From positions 1-40,035 of the forward strand of contig JAUCBJ010005726.1 in the NCBI GenBank assembly GCA_032718475.1: a stretch of 40,035 nt of DNA. Direction: 5' to 3'. A program made the translations under genes and the position numbers. This document shows positions 11,887-23,726 of the stretch, piece by piece. The stretch is from Nemertoderma westbladi. Lineage: Eukaryota; Animalia; Xenacoelomorpha. Position 1 is the first letter of the stretch. Each line of letters starts with the position of its first letter. The notes under the pieces are model-generated. The model saw only the letters and a list, made by a program, of their open reading frames with translations, made no database searches and had not been told where the DNA came from.

Positions 11887-14617
11887 TCATGCGAAATATC
11901 GCAATTGATAATGGCGAATGATATCAACTTCACAATGACCAACTTCCTTTAAGGTAAGTCTTCTAGGAAAGTCGCGTTTGCCTCTGGCATATTGTCTCAA
12001 ACGTTTGAGCCATGCTAACTTGCGGCACGCGTCAGTCCATGATCTAGTTAGGTTCACTATCCTGTCAACGTAAGTGTTAGTGACGTCATCAGGTAAGGTA
12101 TAGTCGTATTGTGGATACTTGTCTGGACTTGGTAGGCCCACGGGCCTTCCGGTAGGTTTGTCTGAGTCCCCAAGTATGTCAATCTCTACGGTCTTACCTT
12201 TACCGTCCGCACCTAATGAGTCGACTGGCAGTAACGGTTTCAACTCTACAGTACCAGTGTGTTCCTGTGAGCCTGTAAGCTTCCTAACCTTAGTCACACG
12301 TTTACCTGTAGGTGGTAAGTCAAGTACCTTCTTTGAGCGGAGTGTGATCGCTGTGGCCACACCTTTGTCGTCCAAAGAAGTTAAATTTGGTAAGTCTCTA
12401 AAAGTCCGCTCCAATGGGTCTTCTAGGGGAGTGTCTAGTAGACAGTCTGGTGAAGCGTCCGGTGAACAGTCTGGTGAGACGTCTGGTGAGACATAGCGCG
12501 GAACATCCAGCGAAATGTCCTGTCATCGGTCCCAAAGTCTGTCTGGCGTAACTTCTGTCATAAAGTCTGGTCCAAAGTCTGGTGGACAGTCTGTCGAGAT
12601 GTCTGGTGGAAAGTCTGGTGAGACGTCCGGTAGACATTCTGTCGAGAGTTCCATAAAACAATCTGTCGAGCAATCCGGAGAACAATCTGGTGTCACTTCT
12701 GGTGAATAATCTGGCGAGTAATCTGGTGAACAATCCGGCGAAACGTCTGGTGAAATCTCCCGCGGAACATCCGGCAAAAGATTCGTACAAGCGTCTGGTC
12801 GAGTGTCTGATGAGACGCCTGGCGTAATGTCAGGTCTGGCGTCCAGGTCATCAGATTTCGTCCGTCCTTGTTTCCTCTTGACCTTGGCGTTGGCTTTCGC
12901 TTTAGATTTGACAACCTTGTCGATTTTTATCTCGGCACCCTCTGGTATGGTGTTGGTTGTCGCGTCGAATAACGGTGGCCACTTGCTAGCGTCACTAAAG
13001 CTGTGAAGCTCTAAATTGGCAGGAAAGGTGGTCTGCAAAGGAAAGTATACCCTCGGTATGGTATAGTCTTGTAGGAACGTCAGTTGGGCTTCCCAGTCCC
13101 TCCATTGCTCAGCTAACTTTTCTGGGATGGGGTCGTCCCATTCCAGTCCGGCTTGCCAAATGCTGCGGAGTATGATCCTAGCATGTAGGATCACTGGACT
13201 AATGAAACACAATGGGTCATACAATCGACTCATGGTCGATAAGCAAGTCCTCTTAGTGAGAGGTCTAGTCTGGTCGTTGGACCTTACACGTACCCTAAAA
13301 TTGTCGGTGTTAGGGTCCCAACTCAGTCCTAATACTTTGGTCGTCGGCAGAGGTTCTAGGTCTAATTCTAAGTCACCTCCACTGCGATCCATCGGGTCAA
13401 ATGAGTTCACCAGTTCGGGTTTGTTGGAAGCGAACTTTGTTAGGTGGAATCCGCCCTCAGCGAGACAATCCTGGAGTTGGTGTGCTACGGTTGTAGCGCG
13501 TTCCAAGGTGTCACAACTCTTGAGGCCGTCATCCACGTAGAAATCTCGTTCCACTGTCCGAACTACTTCTGGATCAAATTGGTCTCGTCTGTCCAATGCG
13601 GTCTGCTTTAAGGTGTAAATGATGCAGTTGGGGGCTGTCCCTGGCTCCAAATACTCTTACCTGCATTTGGTAAGTTTCTGGCGGAAGTTGTAAGTTTCTG
13701 TCTGGATACCAAAGAAACCTCAAGCTGTCCCTGTCCCGCTCCAAAGCCTTAACCTGGTGAAACATGGCCTCTACGTCACAGGTGAAAGCCACTTTGCGTT
13801 GTCTAAAACGCATTAGGACTCCCATGAGGTAATTGTTCATATTCAGCCCGTCCATCAGTTCGCTGTTCATAGACATCCCTTGGTAAAGCGCAGCGCAGTC
13901 GTTGACTACACGCACCTTGCCAGGTTTGTCCAGGTGTCGAACAAAATGATGTGGCAGGTAATATGTCTGGTCTGTGGTTACCTCGGGATTTAACATCCTA
14001 ATGGCGTATCCCTTTTGGAGATACGTCTGAAGTTGTGCATTGTATTGCATATGGGCCGTCTCGTCTCGCAACAATCGCTGCCTTATTGATTTGAGTCGCC
14101 TCAAAGCAAGCGGGTAATTGTTAACGAGTTTAGGTTGTCCATTGCGCCACAACATACCAACCTCATAGTGGCCATTCGCGGTCTGGCGAATGGTATCTCT
14201 CATAATATTTAATGACCGTTTTTCCTGTTCTGACATAGCGGTCTCGTAACTACCGGGTTCTGCTGAGTCCTGTTCCAACCATTGAATGGTCCGTTCAGTC
14301 AGCAGTCGGTCTAGCGCTGCTTGCACTGCGCCATGGTCCTCGTCCACGTCTTCGTCCGCTGCGGTGGCTAGTGTCAATGTGTCTGGTAGGCTCGCAAGCC
14401 TTCCGGTGTCACTAGTCGGTGTCGAATCGTCATGCGGCGGTTTGACAACTTCTTGATCTGTCGGTAGGCTCGCAAGCCTTCCTAGATCAATGACCGGTGT
14501 CGAAGCCTGGTGGGTGGGGTCAATGACCTTCGGATTTTTCGGTAGGCTCTCAAGCCTTCCAAAATCCTCGTTCATCGAGTCATCCACAGCACCAACCCTT
14601 TGGTCTTCAGTAGTCAA
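11887..14617 (-). pseudogene. BEL/Pao RT-RNase H region (frameshifts, RNase H deletion, repeat insertion)
   Basis: YYLPHH, KVRVVNDCAA, DVEAMFHQV, LRFLW, FGARDSP (frameshift ~13650), FYVDD, KVLGLSWD, LYDPL, LHSFSDAS. Confidence 0.93.
12430..12850 (-). repeat. 12-bp coding minisatellite (S/T/P-P-D-x) inside pol
   Basis: Repeated TCTGGTGA/TCCGG units encoding PDVSPDCSPDYSPDYSPEVTPDCS... Confidence 0.85.
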
Positions 14618-14722
14618 TACAACCTGGTCTACTGCAAGTAGTTGTAAGTCAGAGGTCCGTGTGGTCGTGTCCAGATCAGTTACGTCAGTATCGGTGGCGT
14701 CTGCGTTAGCGACGCAAGTCTG

Positions 14723-17700
14723 TCATAGTGCCGTCCGTACAATTGGACCACGGGAGTATGAAGGATAGTTATCTATCGTAGTAGTCAATAAACTACATGT
14801 ACTCAAAACATCGTCCTCCTGGTCACTTACCTCTAGTGAACGTATTGGTGCTCTAGTATACCAACCTATGGGAGTTCTACATGCATAGGGGTTGCCCGCT
14901 GTAATAACAGATGGGCGTGTCTCCCATACCTGATGTAAGTTAAACTGGTCTGTCCCAATTAACATCGCAATGGAATGATAATTAACAGGACATTCCGGTA
15001 TTCCAAGGTGTCAGAAATACTTACGATCTTCCGGTGATTGCTCTGGCATAGGGCCGAGCAAGTTACTAAAGTCCTTCGTAGCTGCAAAGGTCAAATTTCT
15101 TACCGGAAGTAATGAGCGCTCCTCCTTGCTGTGTTCCGCTTTGGAAAGAAGAGTGTCTAAGGTTAGTTTTACTCTTGTCACAGGGATCGCTCTCTTACCA
15201 TGCATGCTGCTTACAGTATACTGAGCAGTCTTACCTTTACTCATCTCCGTAACCACGTCGGCTACTTGTTCATCGACATAACTATGCGATGACGCAGAGT
15301 CTAAGATAGCGTATATACGCTTGCTCCCTCGGGTTCCGGTAATCTTTATAGGAATCACGCTAAACCCTTTCAATTGGTTCTGTGTGAGGAGCGTTACCGA
15401 TGGTTGTTCCTCACCCGCATGCACGTAGAAAGTGTCGTCTTCCTCCTCGTCCTCGTCCGATGATCCTGACTGATCCATACAGTCCGTATAAAACGTACGG
15501 ATCTCGCGCGGCGCACACTCCTTATATAATGCGTCGCATCTAGCCGCTTTATCTGGATGCTCTCTTCGAAAGCGTCTGGTCGGAGTATGACTAGTAGTGT
15601 GAAGTAACGCGTCATGGTTACGTCCACACAGAGGACTTGTATCGTCGCTCGGGCAATCCTTCCGGACGTGTCCTGGCTTCGTACATCTCCAGCAAGAATC
15701 TAAAGATCGGATTTGGAGTCTCCTCTCCTCGATTCCTAACTCTTTAAAAGCGCGACATCCACGAAGTTTATGTCCGCTATGGTTTCTGCCGTTCCGCTCG
15801 CAGTATGAGCATCCCGCAAAGTCCGCCGGCAACTGTTGTTGTGGCTGCGTGGTGCCGATAGGCGTCAGAACTTTAGAAGTCTCAGTAGGGGTGGCGTAGG
15901 TAACGGCTTTTGCGTTCGTCGGAGATGGTTTAGTCCGATTCGGCGCAGAAATAGCTATCCCTTCTGCCGCGATATGATGATCAGTATAGTTCGATCGGGT
16001 CTCGATCACGGCCTCCCGCGAAATCAGTTGATAGACGTCGGTGAGTTTTAATAGCCCGCCGGCCTCTTCACGCTGGTACTCGATGCGTCGCCATTCTCGT
16101 CGGAGTAGATGATGAAGTCGACCGATTATCCTGATGAGAACCGTCAGTGCGTTAGCATACTCGAGTTGTCCAATGGACCGTAAAGTCCCTATAGCGTTTT
16201 TTATTTCGTCCGCGAGTCGTAGAAGATCGATCGGTTTCGAAATGCTGCCTCCTCTGCAGAGGTCTTCGATAATAGGATTTAGCCATGGCGACGTTACCTC
16301 CGTAAATCGAATATAAACGGTCGTACGCCAACTCAAAGGCATCGGGAATACCAATGAAGGTTTCCGTTAATCGTTTCGGCTCACCAGACAGGACTAGGAG
16401 CAAGTAATTAAACTTCTCCGTCGAGGTGAAAGCAAACTTAGCGATCTGGGACTCTACGTAGTCTACCAGTGTGCGCCAGTGTTTCGCGTTGCCAGAGAAC
16501 TTTGGCGGTTGCTGTGCCGGTAATCCGTGTCAAGCCGCGAATTTCGCAATCTCGCTAACCAAATCCAACTGTCCGCGTCCCTGTTCGGTGGCGTCGTCCA
16601 GTCGCTCCCTTCCGCGCGTTGTTCGGCGGTAAGAATTATTAACGGGATCTTCTTCTCGACGTGTCGGAGTTTGTCTAGTCTACTGTTCTCGCCTTGGTGA
16701 TCGATGTTGTCTAGGTTGTTCTAACTCCACGCTGGTTCGTGATCCATCCGACGGTTGCGCTTCGAGTCGCTCTTCTATCTGAGCTAGTCGGTCCGTTACA
16801 GGTCGTATTATTTCGGCGAGCCTGTTGGTGCTGATCGCTTCCGCTGGTTGCAACGTGGGTTTCTGTTGGGGTGTTTCTCGTGGTGGATTGTCGATGTATG
16901 GGTTCGTTGATCTCTCCTCCCGTTTGTAATCCGCTGCCGCTCTAGTACGGAATATTTCCCGTTCCGTCGACTCCGAGTCGCTAGATGAGTCGCTGTCGTC
17001 CGGATAAGGTGGTTGGCGGGTTCGCGTCCGCCGTATTATCCTTGGTCGAGTTCGTTGTGGTCTGGGATCTACGGCTCTCCGTTGTTCGGCAGGCTCGCAA
17101 GCCTTCCACGAAGTCGTAGGTCTCGTTGAACTCGGTTCGATCCTGTGGGTACTACCCACATCCATCCTCCTCCGTTGTTCGGTAGGCTCGCAAGCCTTCC
17201 ACAAAGTCGTAGGTCTCGATAAACATTGGGTGAGAGGTCTAGTAAAAACATCAGAGTTAATCTCTACTGTAGGTTTATAAATGACTGGGTTCGCGCAGCA
17301 CGTCACAGGTTTACCTTGCAATGGTTTACTCACCTGTTTTACTGTCATAAACACAGGTTCGTCTCTCTCTACAAGTAAACTACGGCTTACAGTAGGTGGA
17401 CTACTTATCTTAGCTGCGAGAATCGGCGATGAAGTCGCTCGTGGCTGCGGAATTGATTCCGACATAACAAACCTATTACCTTGCACGGGTGATATTTCCT
17501 TCGGTTTTGCAACCATAATCGGTTTTACTGGAGTCGCGGGTTTGAGCATAGGAATAACTTGGGGAAAACGTTTACAGTAATCCTCGACGAACTCCTCTCC
17601 TCGGTCTATCGCTCCCATACTTCCATCCTCGATTCGCTTCTGAATTCCGCGATATCGAGTCTCCATGCGATCCAGGGCAGACAAGTCGTGTCCAGCTCGA

Positions 17701-18391
17701 GACCTTATAGATCTATCTCTCGCGTCGAGTTCGAGGTCCTCTTGCGCGTTCGCCGCCTCGCGCGATCTGCGATTTAGTTCGAACTGGAGCTGCATCTCCC
17801 TTTCGCGTTGATCTGCTTCCTTTTGTTGTACCGCTAACTCCGCTTCCTGTATAGCTAAACGAGCGTTTATTTGTCACGCCTCCAACTTGGCACGAGCGTC
17901 GGATGCTGCTTTCTTCCGTGCTAACTCGTCGGCTGCTGCCTGTCGTGCTAACACGTCAGCTGCCGCCTGTCGTGCTAACTCGTCGGCTGCTGCCGCTGCT
18001 TCTCGCGCTAAGTCCTCCTCCAGTCTCCAGTCTCCGATGCTTCGAATTCGGCTTGCGCTTTGAGTTTCGCAATTCTTGCTTCATCCTGTCTGCGTTGTTT
18101 CTCTCCCTCGATGGCAATCTGTGCCATCTGCCGTTGCGCTTCTTCCTCGGCGACTTGTTGTCGGCGTGCGACCTCCTGTTGTTGTCGGGTAATTACAGAC
18201 GCTGTGCTACTAACGTCGCCAACGTCGCTCCGCACACTAACGAACGATCTATCCAGTGGTGGATTTTGGTAGGCTCACGAGCCTTCCGTAGTTAGAACTT
18301 CCGTCGTCCCTCGCGGTTCGACGCCGTGCTGTCCCGTAAATGTAACAGCGTGGGTTAACTGATACAGAGAACGTAGTACTAGAGCTCCCAT
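14723..18391 (-). pseudogene. BEL/Pao gag-protease (several frameshifts and stops) with a long N-terminal extension
   Basis: PPKFSGNAKHW...EKFNYL gag core. Cys-His triplet CSYC..H..C, CWRC....H....C, C...H..LLH. Protease ILDSAS, LIGTD and TPIGW motifs. 27-bp repeats (AADELARQA) at ~17905-18000. Confidence 0.88.
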
Positions 18392-19411
18392 TTTACTCTA
18401 AACAGGCAAGAAATCTAATTGACTGATTCAGTATTGAAAACTTTAATCCCAGGGACCGCTGTTATTTGGGTGTGGGTACATTTTGTGCTTATCAACTTGA
18501 CTGAAAACAATACTCAAACATGAAATGCGCAAAACACAAAACAATAATCAAACTTAGGTTGCGTGCCATGACAATGTGACAGCATGTAATAAAAATGTAA
18601 ATACTGAAATAGACCAAAATTATGACCTGTGATAAAATAATGTACTAACACAAACATAAATATTATAATTTGTAATTTTTATGTAGAGCCTATCAAAATA
18701 TCGTACAATATATGAAGTAGAGATAAGCTTGAAGCAATTCACCGCCTATCACTAACCCAGGCCTTTAGGTTACAATTCATAAGCAGTCCTAACTCCTTCA
18801 AGCCAATTCGCCTACCAGATTACCACCGGTAAGAACTGTAAAAACAATACCGTACTACTCAAATACAGCCAGAATACTACTGTACTGAACTGACTGAGAG
18901 TAAAAGTAATATTTAAATTGTGAACTAACCCCTATATTTTTTGGTTTAAAATAAATATACAAATATCGAAATCAAGGGAACAAAATGTAATGTACCTCAA
19001 CGCTAGATTAGGTAGGCTAGCTCAGTAGGCCTTCCAACCGTGTAGCCCAACAGACTAGAGCAAAAGGCATTCAAAAGTCACTCCTAGTACACGCACTGGC
19101 CATGAACGTACACTAGCAATTTAGAAATTGAAACTAGAAGCAATAGCCTGGGGTGATATGTAAACCTTAAACTAACCACAACGTCCGCAAGTTGCAGAAA
19201 TACCAAATGCGCAAATACACGCGGCGCAGCACACACAGGTCAAAATTTACGGTACCACTAATCCATACTACACACCGTCACACGTCCAGCACTCAACCCA
19301 ATAGATTTAAGCAAACATCATGTGTTGTAGCATTAGTAACATAGTAAAATTCAATGTAAATTATCGTAGGCCTAATATGTAAACACTGAAACAGTCAGAT
19401 TTGTATTTAAA

Positions 19412-20098
19412 TCATAAAACTTTTGTGACGCCGCATCTACGAAGAAAATTGGTGAGCGTCCCTAACCTCCCGTCCAGGCAGTATAGTTCTTCTTCCTCTT
19501 CGGGTTGTAACAACGCGTCCGAAACTGATTCACCTAACAGTTGGTCGAGTTGTTCTTGCTGAGTCGATCCTACAACCGACTTAAACTGGATAAGGCTTTC
19601 TCTCGCACTTACCAACTTATCGATTATCTTTACCTGAGTAAAGTTGTTGCCACGCAACTCTGCAAGTTCGTGTAAACCTTTAAGTTTATCTATGGAAGCA
19701 TGTACCCTACTTTCTATCCTTACCTGTAATGCATAGAACTCGTATCTCGACATCGGGGCGGTTAACTCGCGTAAAAGGCGAAAACCTTCTCCGAAGTTTC
19801 GAGTAATCTGGGCCATGTGTCCTCCTATACTCCTAATAAGGTTCTCCTGGCTTCCAGTCGAACTTACCATGTCCGGTTCCCGCGATCTGGTCTGCGGGAC
19901 GGCAAGGAAATCTTCGATTCTGCCGTTGCCACGCGTTGCGGCTTCCGGTATTTCCGTTCGGGGTACTGGCGACGCACGCGGTGTGACATCGGTAGAATCT
20001 CGGGTTCTCCTTCTCGGTTCGTCTACTGTCGATCTGTCTGGGTCGCACGAGTCATAGTCGGTAGGTGGGTATCGAGTCGAATGGGGTGTGTCACTCAT
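19412..20098 (-). CDS. 228-aa ORF upstream of gag, resembling a BEL Gag N-terminal helical domain
   Basis: Intact ATG-to-stop ORF. RSIGGHMAQITR resembles the R.G....ITR start of BEL Gag proteins. Confidence 0.55.
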   Translation of the reverse strand: MSDTPHSTRYPPTDYDSCDPDRSTVDEPRRRTRDSTDVTPRASPVPRTEIPEAATRGNGRIEDFLAVPQTRSREPDMVSSTGSQENLIRSIGGHMAQITRNFGEGFRLLRELTAPMSRYEFYALQVRIESRVHASIDKLKGLHELAELRGNNFTQVKIIDKLVSARESLIQFKSVVGSTQQEQLDQLLGESVSDALLQPEEEEELYCLDGRLGTLTNFLRRCGVTKVL

Positions 20099-20129
20099 GT
20101 CTTATTATATACGTCAAGTACGGGTAATA

Positions 20130-20325
20130 AAATGTCAAAGTATCTGAATGTTGGAGTGTCAAACTTACCTTGGTATATATAGTATATATACCCTAACCAG
20201 TACAAATAAACCAACAAAGTCAGAATGTCGAAATGTCAAAATGTCGAAATGTACAAATGTCAAACTTACCTTGATATATATATATATATCATATATATAC
20301 CCTAACCGGTACAAATAAACTAACA
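20130..20325. repeat. ~100-bp tandem duplication in the BEL-1 leader, each unit with a consensus splice donor
   Basis: TGTCAAACTTACCTTG..TATATA..CCCTAACC.GTACAAATAAAC occurs twice; on minus this reads CAAG|GTAAGT. Confidence 0.7.
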
Positions 20326-21094
20326 AAGTATATAATAAAATAAGTAATAATCTAGCCTACCGGCTAAATTTGTACGAATAAATGAGATAACGGTATACGT
20401 TACCAAAATGTAGATCAACAAGTACAAATAATAGGCAAAACAGCAACGTCTAACGGGAAAACAAATACCAACAACACTACTAATAGACAGTGAAACCCAC
20501 AAATTTTGAGTACTACTGTGCTTTCTTAAGTTTGAACGACACGAGTCGTAAAACTTACGTTCCTTTGATCTTCCAGTCGTGCAAATTCCCAAATACAAAC
20601 CGGACGTGGGTCGTTCCGTTTTTCGGCGGCGCGGACGAATTTGTTGTCTCCCAAACTTTGCGAAAAGCGGTCTAATCCTCGAAGCGGTCCAGAAATGAGT
20701 CCTTGAGTCCTGAAAAGTCGAAGGTGAGAGTTTTACTTCTACTTTACAAAAAATCTTCCTAGGTACCGATACAACTTGGTCTTTAAACCCTATGTACCTT
20801 TTCAAGTACCGAAAAGTAACACCGCACACACACGGCATAAAACAAATGCTACAAACTAACTATTAGCTAGTCAAATATTAAATACAAAAGTACTAGCTAC
20901 CCTAAAAGCCTACTGAAGCAGGGGACGTTCTACAAATTACTAAATTTACTAACCTTAATTTTTTAAATATCTCCTACTTACAATAGCTAACAATATATTT
21001 ATCTACCATTTGCAAATCGCAACTTGCAAACTAAATAATAAATATACCACTGCAAAGTATATCTCTCACTTTCGTAACATAAAATATACCTCAC

Positions 21095-21294
21095 TGTTGT
21101 GTCCTCTACGGTAGGGACTACCCTACAGCCTACAAATCTACTAATATGAAGCTATAGAATATCTCTATCCGTAAAGTCCAGTAGTATACCGCTTACCAGA
21201 TCCTAGTAACGATGTATCTTACTGTAAGACTCTAGTAATGAAACGGGCTCGTACAGTATCTGACAACAAATCCCAGTCCAGGATATCTAAACAA
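21095..21294 (-). repeat. BEL-1 5' LTR, U5 end
   Basis: 199/200 identical to 2072-2271. Confidence 0.92.
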
Positions 21295-21646
21295 GATTGC
21301 TTTACATTACAGACTATTAAACTGGTTGAGAGATTATATAATATAGGCCTAAGTAATAAGCTGGCTTTCTAAGAACATTGTGATGCCTTATCATGGGGGT
21401 GGGGAGGGGGGGGGGGCTGAGGGAATTATTGGTAGTGTGGCTGGAGGACTGGCTACAACACTTTGATGGGGTATATGGTCTCCTTTCTACTACTTATTTT
21501 CTTTGGCAACCTGCCTGGGATAATGTGGATTGTATCTGGTCTGGGGTCGGGCTCCTTTCCAAAGCAACTTCAACTTCGAATATTTTCTATTATTCGGTTT
21601 ATTGCACTTGTCATTATAATTTTTTAATTTAACGGAACTTGACGAT

Positions 21647-22030
21647 GTACCTAACTGATCTAGACTTTGCTGATGACTTAGGAGTACTCTCAGAATCATT
21701 AGAGGGAGCCCAACGGCTCCTCGGCTCATTAGAACATGCTGCTTCTAGTGTTGGTCTTTTTATTAACTCCAGAAAGACCAAAATTCTGACAGTTAACTTT
21801 GAAAGTCCTCAGCAAGTCTCTGATCGGATGAGCATAAGCGCAAAGGATGGTATGCTTGACCATGTTGACGACTTCTGTTACCTGTGATCATGGATCCGGA
21901 AGTCAGGTGAGGACCTTCGAATACGTATGGGAAAGGCATGGGCAGCCTTGAATAGGCTTTCCAGGATTTGGAAGTCACCGAGAATTAATCGGAAACTTAA
22001 GGTCCGATTATTTAGAGCAGCAGTAGTACC
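21647..22030 (+). pseudogene. Internal RT fragment of the same RTE family, inverted
   Basis: About 97% identical to the reverse complement of ~2834-3218 (YLTDLDFADD...), with an internal stop. Confidence 0.9.
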
Positions 22031-22470
22031 GAAATCTTTGAACCATCCTCGAAGAGCTGAAATAACTTGAGAGCTGGAAGGATCGGCACACCAAGAATGA
22101 ACACAAGGCCACCCAGAATATCTATCGACATAAATCAGGTATCAGCAGGTGCTGAAGTAGAAAAGATCAGCAGAGCAATCCTCCATTGGAAGACATGGAT
22201 GAGGGTCGCTGTGGAGATACTCTTTAGGTAAACTTGGTTGATAAAGTTGACACTGGGGACAAGAATTTACCATGTTTGTAAGATCGCTATTGATACCAGG
22301 CCAGAATACAGTTTGCCTAGCTCTCCTCTTAGAACATTCAATGCCCTGATGAGCATCATGAAGGTGCTTCAGGACATCCTTGCAGAGGGAAGATGGAATT
22401 ACAATCCGGGAACCTAATAAAATAAGATTATCTTCACCAGATAACTGATGTCGCACATTCCAGAATGGGC
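22031..22470 (-). pseudogene. Ty3/Gypsy integrase fragment
   Basis: RIVIP..LH.AHQG...RRARQTVFWPGI...C..C..SADLF..YVDRYSGWP. Related to, but distinct from, the Gypsy at 34053. Confidence 0.88.
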
Positions 22471-23726
22471 GTATGTGCACAGCACATAAGGTATAACCTG
22501 CTAGTGACGGGCCTAGAGGCCCGATAAGGAACCGACTTTTTATTTTAAATAAAAGAGACAACGAGAATTCGTATAGAACTAATATTTATGTAAAAATACA
22601 ATCATATTTCATACAATAATTATTAATAAATTCGATCTATTATTAGTTGCTCAATTCTAGAACAAAATCGACCTGCAACTAGTGAAGACCTCGTTTTGGA
22701 ATTTCGAAACCACGCTGGTGCGATGCGCGATATCGTGTTTAGTTAATAAAGTGAAAACTCCATCAATTCATGTGCAACCAGTAATAAGAAATCACTATAA
22801 ATGTAATTAATTAAAAATTATTCTAGAAAAATTTTCCTCAAAAAGTATGAAGTCTTGGCATTGGTGACGCGAAACTAGGCTAGTGAGATTCAGGATATTG
22901 CGTTTAATATAAAAATCGAAAACGCTATCGAATTCCGTAAAGGCGTTAATAAAATACTGCAACTTTTTTGAAATTTGTAAAATTCTAGAACTAGAAAAAA
23001 ATAATTTTTGAACGGCGCTGTTTGGGGTTTCAAAACATGGATAGGCTGAAAGTGGACATCGAATTAAGTTTAAAAATGAAAACCCCATCGAATTTGGACA
23101 AAGCGTTCAGGAGTTATAGCGGATCGAAAAAAATTTACCCCCCCCAGTCGCCAAAAATTTACAGTAATTTAAAATTTTGCAAAAAAAATTTTTTGCGTTA
23201 TTTTTGATGGCGAATCGATTGGCAGTACTGGCTACGAAAATTTTTTTTTGAAATTTTTGGTCAGAAAAAAAAACATGGAAAAAGTATATTTTAAAAAGAT
23301 TTGATGTCTTTGCCTATGGTCAGAGAATGATCCAACTCTGTACTTGGCAATCGCTCAAATCCATTCAGCTGAATGGCACAGTAGAGTAAACTAAAGTAAA
23401 TTCCCTATACAATGTTCTGAAGGGGAGACTGACAGAGAGTATTCCAACAATAAAACATTTTGCAATAATGTTGGCATTAATGTAGCCAACACACTGTGTA
23501 CTTAAGTCATTCAGCTTACATTAGCAGAGTGAGATATTCGCATAGAACGCATTGGGAAGAGTAATTCAGCTGAGGCGATATTAGATTTCAAACTAAACCA
23601 ATGAGTTAATGTTTGCTTTGACAGAGAGTGGTGGCCTATACAAACAGTATGGGTGTACTGAGTACAATAATCTTGGCAACCTCATCGATTTATACTAAGC
23701 CTTGTGTAGAAATCCAATACATAAGC

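Larger units (their letters stand above)
8891..18287 (-). repeat. Dispersed 20-nt hairpin motif, 11 co-oriented copies
   Basis: Plus-strand GGTAGGCTCGCAAGCCTTCC or variants start at 8891, 8999, 9484, 10192, 12131, 14385, 14463, 14541, 17088, 17181 and 18268. Confidence 0.95.

Noticed and set aside
10652-13540. Plus-strand ORFs over BEL-1 pol (and similar antisense ORFs over the LINEs, the accessory ORF and the Gypsy)
   Set aside because: They are shadows of the real coding strand with no motifs of their own.
8891-18287. Hairpin motif as a CRISPR-like repeat array or as a peptide repeat
   Set aside because: Spacing ranges from 78 bp to over 2.5 kb, there are no cas genes, the context is a eukaryotic retroelement, and the motif is read in three different frames.
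20320-20838. 172-aa minus-strand ORF in the BEL-1 leader
   Set aside because: No recognisable motif, and it ends in low-complexity T-rich sequence; it could be chance.
22480-23300. Named DNA transposon
   Set aside because: The composition looks like a non-autonomous DNA element, but I could not find TIRs, a TSD or a transposase.
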